Assembly (NCBI GenBank): GCA_000388065.2
Contig: KB932204.1
Length of the DNA: 14,411 nucleotides
Strand: one strand, 5' to 3'
DNA from: Fonticula alba ATCC 38817
Taxonomy: Eukaryota; Protista; Nucleariida
The notes below the pieces were generated by a model that saw nothing but the letters and a program-made list of their open reading frames with translations, did not search any database and had not been told where the DNA came from. Within the stretch, counting starts at the first letter, position 1. Every line of letters begins with the position of its first letter. Both the position numbers and the translations under genes were made by a program. Shown here piece after piece: positions 9,382 to 14,411 of the stretch.

Positions 9382-11892
9382 CTAGTTGGAAGAGTTCAGG
9401 AAATCCATCAAGGACACCTGATTCCGGCGACGCAGCTCGGCAGTCAGCTTGTCAGTGATCGAGAGGAGCTCCGTCAGTCGGGGAAGACCGGCCTTGCGGA
9501 ACTCCTTGGTGTAGGAGGAGACGAAGTCGTGCAGATGCGCCGCCTCCAGAGCCAGGTCGATCGGGTACGTTACCGAGGCCTCTATGCTTGGGCCGATGTT
9601 GTCGAGTTTCTGCAGGCCGAAAGGGCGTGCACAAAAGGAGCGAGGGAGAGGCGGGGGGAGGGTGTCAGAATGGGGGGAGCAGTGTGGGGAGGGGGGGGCA
9701 GGGGGGGCGGGGCGGGGCGGGGGAGGTGCACACTCGTGCCAGCATGCACACAAGAAAGGCAGATGCCCGCGAAATGCCGCAGTCACGCACAGAAACGTAG
9801 TCGATGAAGTCCATCATGCCATGAGTGTTATCCTGGAGGAAGGAATTGAGCGGCTGCATGTAAGCCTCCTTGACATCGAAAGAGCCGATGTTGGCCATAG
9901 TCTGGATGGTCTTGGCCACAAGCATGAGCGTCCGCCGGGGACGGTCAGCCGGGTGATCGGACACCAGGCCGAAGAGCTTCGGCGTGAGGATGGCCGCGCA
10001 GAAGAGCCGCAGGAAGATGAAGGCGCTGACCACCGAGTACCGAGGGGCATTGCCATTGGCCGAGACAGTCTCCGATCCGAAGCGCTCGATACTGGCCAGC
10101 TGTAGCGAGTTGAAGAGGACACGAAGCTCGCTGTTGTGGGAGCAAGGAAAGCCCGAGAGAGGGGGCAGGGGGGGGGAGGGAGTCATTGACGATGGCGAAA
10201 GGTGTCAGTGCTCCATAGAGGTGGGGAAGGGATGGATAAGGAAGCAAAGAAAGAGGGAGAGAGAGAGAGAGAGGGAGATAGAGAGAGATCCGGCCTGAGG
10301 AGAAGGGCAGGCGAAAGGAGATCCGGCAGAGGGGGAGGGGGGCAGAAAAGCGAGGGGTGGGGAAGCCACAGGAGACATTATTAACACGCACTATGGGCAA
10401 CGAGAGCGCGACTGGTAGATGGCCGTCCAGACGGTGTTGACCAGCTTCTCGACCTTCTCGAAGTTCTTGCGCGCGTCATCCGGGTTGCTGAGCTTCTGCG
10501 GGTCCATCTCGTAGTTGTTCTGCGGCTTGGCACAAATATCCCGGATGATGGGGCCGAGGGTGGAGTCCAGATACTCGAAGCCCACCAGCTTCATGAAGTA
10601 ATCCACGGCCTTGGTGGCCAGGGAGTTGCCCCGGAAGAGGGTGTTCAGGGTGTCGGCATTGAGGACCTCATGCACACAAATGCTGATCAGCCACTCGGTG
10701 GCCTTGCCACGTGCCTGGTGGATGCGAGTCAGGTTGACGGCCACATGCTCGAGCTGCTCCGGCGCGCGGGCCAGCGCGAAGAAGGTCTGCGGGTCGGCCT
10801 TGTTGTACAGGTGGTCCAGCATCTCGTCATACTCGGCCACCGGGAGAATGGTCAAGGGCAGGATGCGGGCACTGGCGCGGAGCTCGCCGGCCGGGCCGCC
10901 ACTGGCACCGCCGGCTGCCCCGCCACTCAGGCTGAAGGGCAGGCAGCGCATGGCCGCATCAGCGGTCCGGGCATTGGACTCCGGGTGGAGATCCTCATCG
11001 GAAATGGTGACCCGGGCAATTTCGGCATCACGCGTCAGCCGCTGGTGGCTGCGCAGAACAAAGGTCACCCCCTCGATCTCCGGGATGTCATGGAAGACGA
11101 AGGACTCGCCCCAGAAGGGAGAAGTGACGCGCTGTGAGCGGGACGTCACACCGACCATCTCATTGCCGAGGAAGATCTCGCAATAGTACTCGCCGGAGGG
11201 GAGGTTGCGCGCTTCGCGCACATCCACATACAGGGTGGAGTAGGCCCGGAGGTCTTCCTTGCCGTAAACCTCGCGTGCCGGCAGGAAGGTCTTCATGTTG
11301 AGGACCCAATCGTCCCGGTCATTGGGGCTATACCCAGACAGCAGGAGAGTGCCCTTGTCTTGGGTGGAGATGGAGAAGACATTCCGCCGGGTGGTGATCG
11401 AGTCATGGACATAGGCGATGGAATAGCGCTTCAGTTGGGACAGATCAACTGCGGCCACGGGCCGCGTGGCCCGGGCAGCCATGGAATCGCTGCCGGCTTC
11501 GGCGGACCCGGCCGCCCCGGCGGCCGCCAGTGCCGACGACGGAAGCTGCGGCGATGAGGGAGACGGGGTCAGGACCGAGGGCGGCCGGCGAATGGTCAGC
11601 CCGGTGAAGCTGGACAGGCTGCCGGTATCGCCGCCGGACCCGGTGGGACCGCCCTTGTCATACTCGAAGAGCTCCAGCCGGCCCTCCTTGGTGATGCTAG
11701 CATTGACAAGGCGCCAGTTGGATCCGACATCCAGAGAGGCCTGGCTGCCGGATGAGCCGCCGAGGATGGCCGGCCGCGCGCGGCCGGTCAGGCGCCGACG
11801 CGCGCCACCCGACCCGGTCGGCCGGTTGACAAACAGGTCGCCAATCTTATAGTAGACGTGGTCCTCGGGACGCTCGATCTGTGCATCGGGTG

Positions 11893-11930
<38 letters not shown>

Positions 11931-13422
11931 AGATTGGTGAGTGAGGGGAGAAAAGGAGAGGGGGGGGAGGGGGGTGGAGGACGAGAGTGAACGACAGAGA
12001 TATTAGAAACTGGGCGCTTGGAAGAGTGGACGGGGAAAGACCGAGGCCCGAGCGCGGCCGGCGGAAGGAGACGCACCATGCGGGACTCGGAACTCTGGGC
12101 GGTGGCCGTGGAGGACTGAGAAGCAATGCTGGCCGAGCGGCGGAGGGCCGAGCCGGCCGGGTCGGACTCCGGCTTGCCGAGGGTCATCTCGGCCAATTTG
12201 ATGGCCCGAGTCAGGGCAAACAGCCACTCATACATGTCACCCTCGGTCAGAGCCTGGAGATAGTAGCTGATGGTGCTGCTGCCGGCGCCAGATGGAGCAG
12301 AGTGGACCTCGAAAACGTAGCCCCGGTCGTCCATGACATCCACCGCGCGGACGGTGGCCCCACGCAGGTACACTGCCACGACGGTGGTGGGCTCGTTGTT
12401 GCGGGGGGAGATGTACTCCAGGCGGTAGTCATGAAGGTTGATCTGGAAGAAGCGCCGGTTCCAGTGGCGAATGGCGCCACTGCCGCGCTTGAACAGGTAG
12501 CCACCCTTCTCGAGGCCGACGGATGGCAGGTCCACCCCCTCGGCGGTGCCGCGGTTCAGATGCCCGACCGCCTGCTTCAGGTGATCCAGGTACGTGTGAG
12601 TGGGGGTGATATACCGCTCGAAGGCGCGGAGGCCGGTGTCGAGGAAGCGCTGCCGGCGCTGGGCCTGGGTGGTGCGCTCCTGCTCGACTTCGTGGTTGAC
12701 CTGCTGAAGCTCCATCGACACGGAGGCCACATACTCCGAGTGGTCGGACAGAGCGGCGTATGCCGAGGAATGGTAGGTGTCGAGGGAATCCCAGTACTTG
12801 ACAACCTGCGTGTTGGTGGATGCGCTCGAGGAGGTGAGTCGGCCGGCCGGGGCAAAAAAGAGGAGACGCGAAAGAGATGAGCAAGGGACACGCACCGCCT
12901 GCAGGAGGGTATGGCGCCGGGTTGAGTGGATGTAATTCAGGAGGTCGATGTACTCAAGAGAGGTGGCATAGTAATCGGAGTGGGAGAAGCGAATTTTGCG
13001 GAGAAGCTGCCATTATCGAAGGATGCGCGGGGCGGGAGCAGGGGGGGGGGGGGGNNNNNNNNNNNNNNNNNNNNNNNNNNNNNNNNNNNNNNNNNNNNNN
13101 NNNNNNNNNNNNNNNNNNNNNNNNNNNNNNNNNNNNNNNNNNNNNNNNNNNNNNNNNNNNNNNNNNNNNNNNNNNNNNNNNNNNNNNNNNNNNNNNNNNN
13201 NNNNNNNNNNNNNNNNNNNNNNNNNNNNNNNNNNNNNNNNNNNNNNNNNNNNNNNNNNNNNNNNNNNNNNNNNNNCAACGCGTCGTCCGGTTCTCGCCCC
13301 CCCCCCCCCGCGGGCAGACCGTGCTTCTTGCGGGGCGGGGGGGAAACCCCCGAACAAACACAACACCCCCGGGACCCCCCGCCCCACCCCCCGGGCAGGT
13401 AGCAAGGGGAGGGGGGGTTTCC

Positions 13423-13509
<87 letters not shown>

Positions 13510-14326
13510 GGAGGGGGGGGGGGGGGGCGGGGGGCGGGGCTGGAGAGACGATTGGCGGGTCGCACATCCGGGATCTTCTTGCTGTCCTTCAGGCGCTTGG
13601 AGTGATTCCAGCTGGCGAGGCGGTTGACCTCGGTCTCATAGGTGTTGCAATGTGCCTGGACATTGGACTTGAGGGTCTGTGGCGTGGGGGATGGGTCAGT
13701 TGTGGGAGGCGAAGCGAGAGCGGGCTGAGGTGGCAGGCGATGAAAAGTGGCCATGGTGGAAGGAGAAGAGAGAGAAGCAGAGGGAGAGAGGGGGTGGGGG
13801 GGGGAGGAGAGCGCACTTCAAGTGGGCTGAACTCCTGTTGAATCATGGCATTGCAGTAGCCCAGGAGAGACTTCTCCAGGGAGACGACGAGGTCATCCTT
13901 GTTGCGCATGATGAGCTGCGCGATCTCGCCGAAGCGGGAGAAAGCATCGAGGATGGTGGTGTCCTCATCGGAGTCGGTGCCGGATGCGCAGCAGGTGTGC
14001 ACCAGGTTGGTCAGCTCGCGGTGGAAGTCCTGGTAGGCGAGGATGGTCTCTGCAAACACCGAGTGGGAAGGGGAGGGGGAATCGATTGTCAGCCGACGGG
14101 GGAAAGTGGCCGCGGGGGGGGGGGGGGGCGGGTAGCGAAGAATGGAAGAGGGGATGGGCGGTGTGTGCGCACCCTTCTCGAGATTAACCACCCGCTGAGT
14201 GAGGGCCTGGAGGGCAGTCAGGGATTCGGAGAACTGCTGGTTGGAGTTCTCAATCTCCGACACCATCACCCGGTAGGTGGGGGAGTCGAGCAGGACATCA
14301 TTCGGGTCGATCAGAGTGACAGACAT
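9382..14326 (-). CDS. Ras-family GTPase-activating protein with BAR-like, two PH, C2 and RasGAP domains (Bud2/GAP1-like core), 8 exons, about 1130 aa
   Basis: Exons are 14326-14173, 14049-13817, 13676-13566, 13006-12896, 12805-12077, 11878-10392, 10130-9791 and 9609-9382 (3393 nt, in frame). All 7 introns are GTGCGN..CAG. RasGAP motifs: arginine finger LFRGNSLATK (FRGNS at 10622-10636), CP(Y)ELR across the intron 6 junction, FLRLFCAAILTPKLFGL, VAKTIQTMAN, KEAYM. Intron 3 contains a 221-N gap, so a hidden exon cannot be excluded, and the start ATG is provisional. Confidence 0.9.
10860..11236 (-). other. C2 domain preceding the RasGAP domain; boundaries approximate
   Basis: TLYVDVREARNLP..YYCEIFL...SPFWGESFVFHDIP is the typical RasGAP-associated C2 pattern (EAxxLP; PFWxExFxF). 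Confidence 0.85.
11285..11854 (-). other. Second PH-like domain, interrupted by Gly/Ser/Pro/Ala-rich inserts
   Basis: Segments YYKIGDLF, NWRLVNASITKEGRLELFEY and VDLSQLKRYSIAYVHDS...NVFSI...LLLSGYSPNDRDDWVLNMKTF are separated by low-complexity runs. Confidence 0.6.
12197..12511 (-). other. PH domain 1 of the RasGAP
   Basis: EKGGYLFKRGSGAIRHWNRRFF...YVFEV...YYLQALTEGDMYEWLFALTRAIK has the canonical PH start, the WxRRFF strand and the terminal Trp helix. Confidence 0.88.
12680..14326 (-). other. N-terminal BAR-like helical domain (ACAP/APPL/oligophrenin type) of the RasGAP, spread over exons 1-5; boundaries approximate
   Basis: The N-terminal LLDSPTYRVMVSEIE resembles the DSPxFR start of BAR-PH proteins. 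The later YATSLEYIDLLNYIHSTRR resembles their sLdYv..ln.lq..kk segment. The region has a helical/coiled-coil composition and directly precedes a PH domain. Recognised by eye, with no HMM run. Confidence 0.65.
13425..13508. repeat. G homopolymer (84 nt as assembled) in RasGAP intron 3; similar tracts at about 5365-5433, 6439-6462, 9232-9259 and 11896-11928
   Basis: Read directly. Lengths are unreliable because the gaps at 5378-5387, 6481-6586 and 13055-13275 abut G runs. Confidence 0.7.
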
Positions 14327-14411
14327 CTCTGCGGGTGTCCATGCATGGGAAGGGGGCCTATGCTCGGAGAGAAGGAAGCGCGGCAGAGGGAGAAAGAGAG
14401 AGAGAGGGGGG

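Noticed and set aside
9382-9417. Alternative donor CAG|GTGTCC that would extend the RasGAP with further exons
   Set aside because: It does not match the GTGCG pattern, no downstream coding exon was found, and the frame ends naturally at TAG 9382.
11879-12076. Poly-proline linker in the RasGAP; likewise the stop-free in-frame segments 4295-4414, 12806-12895 and 14050-14172
   Set aside because: Each is bounded by GTGCG..CAG and is pyrimidine-rich, so they are best read as introns. Five of the ten sized introns are multiples of 3, too few to claim enrichment.

Overview
GC-rich, intron-containing eukaryotic DNA from a draft assembly: 4 N-gaps, long G homopolymers and microsatellites. The style suggests a unicellular opisthokont such as Fonticula, but that is an unverified inference. 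Three spliced genes can be reconstructed. (1) A 5'-incomplete beta-lactamase-family (SxxK) serine hydrolase on + (286-2846). Its apparent frameshift is an assembly artefact: an Illumina adapter remnant sits between two copies of 185 bp, and a second 135-bp duplicate flanks an N-gap. (2) A 3-exon PAP2-family lipid phosphate phosphatase on - (5311-4134, 296 aa) with all three catalytic motifs. (3) An 8-exon, about 1130-aa Ras-family GAP on - (14326-9382) with apparent architecture BAR-PH-split PH-C2-RasGAP. About 4 kb between genes 2 and 3 has no recognisable gene. Most notable: a BAR-PH membrane-curvature module fused to a RasGAP, a GTGCG splice donor in 10 of 11 introns, and a bacterial-type hydrolase carrying spliceosomal introns. 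No rRNA, tRNA, CRISPR array or mobile element was found.
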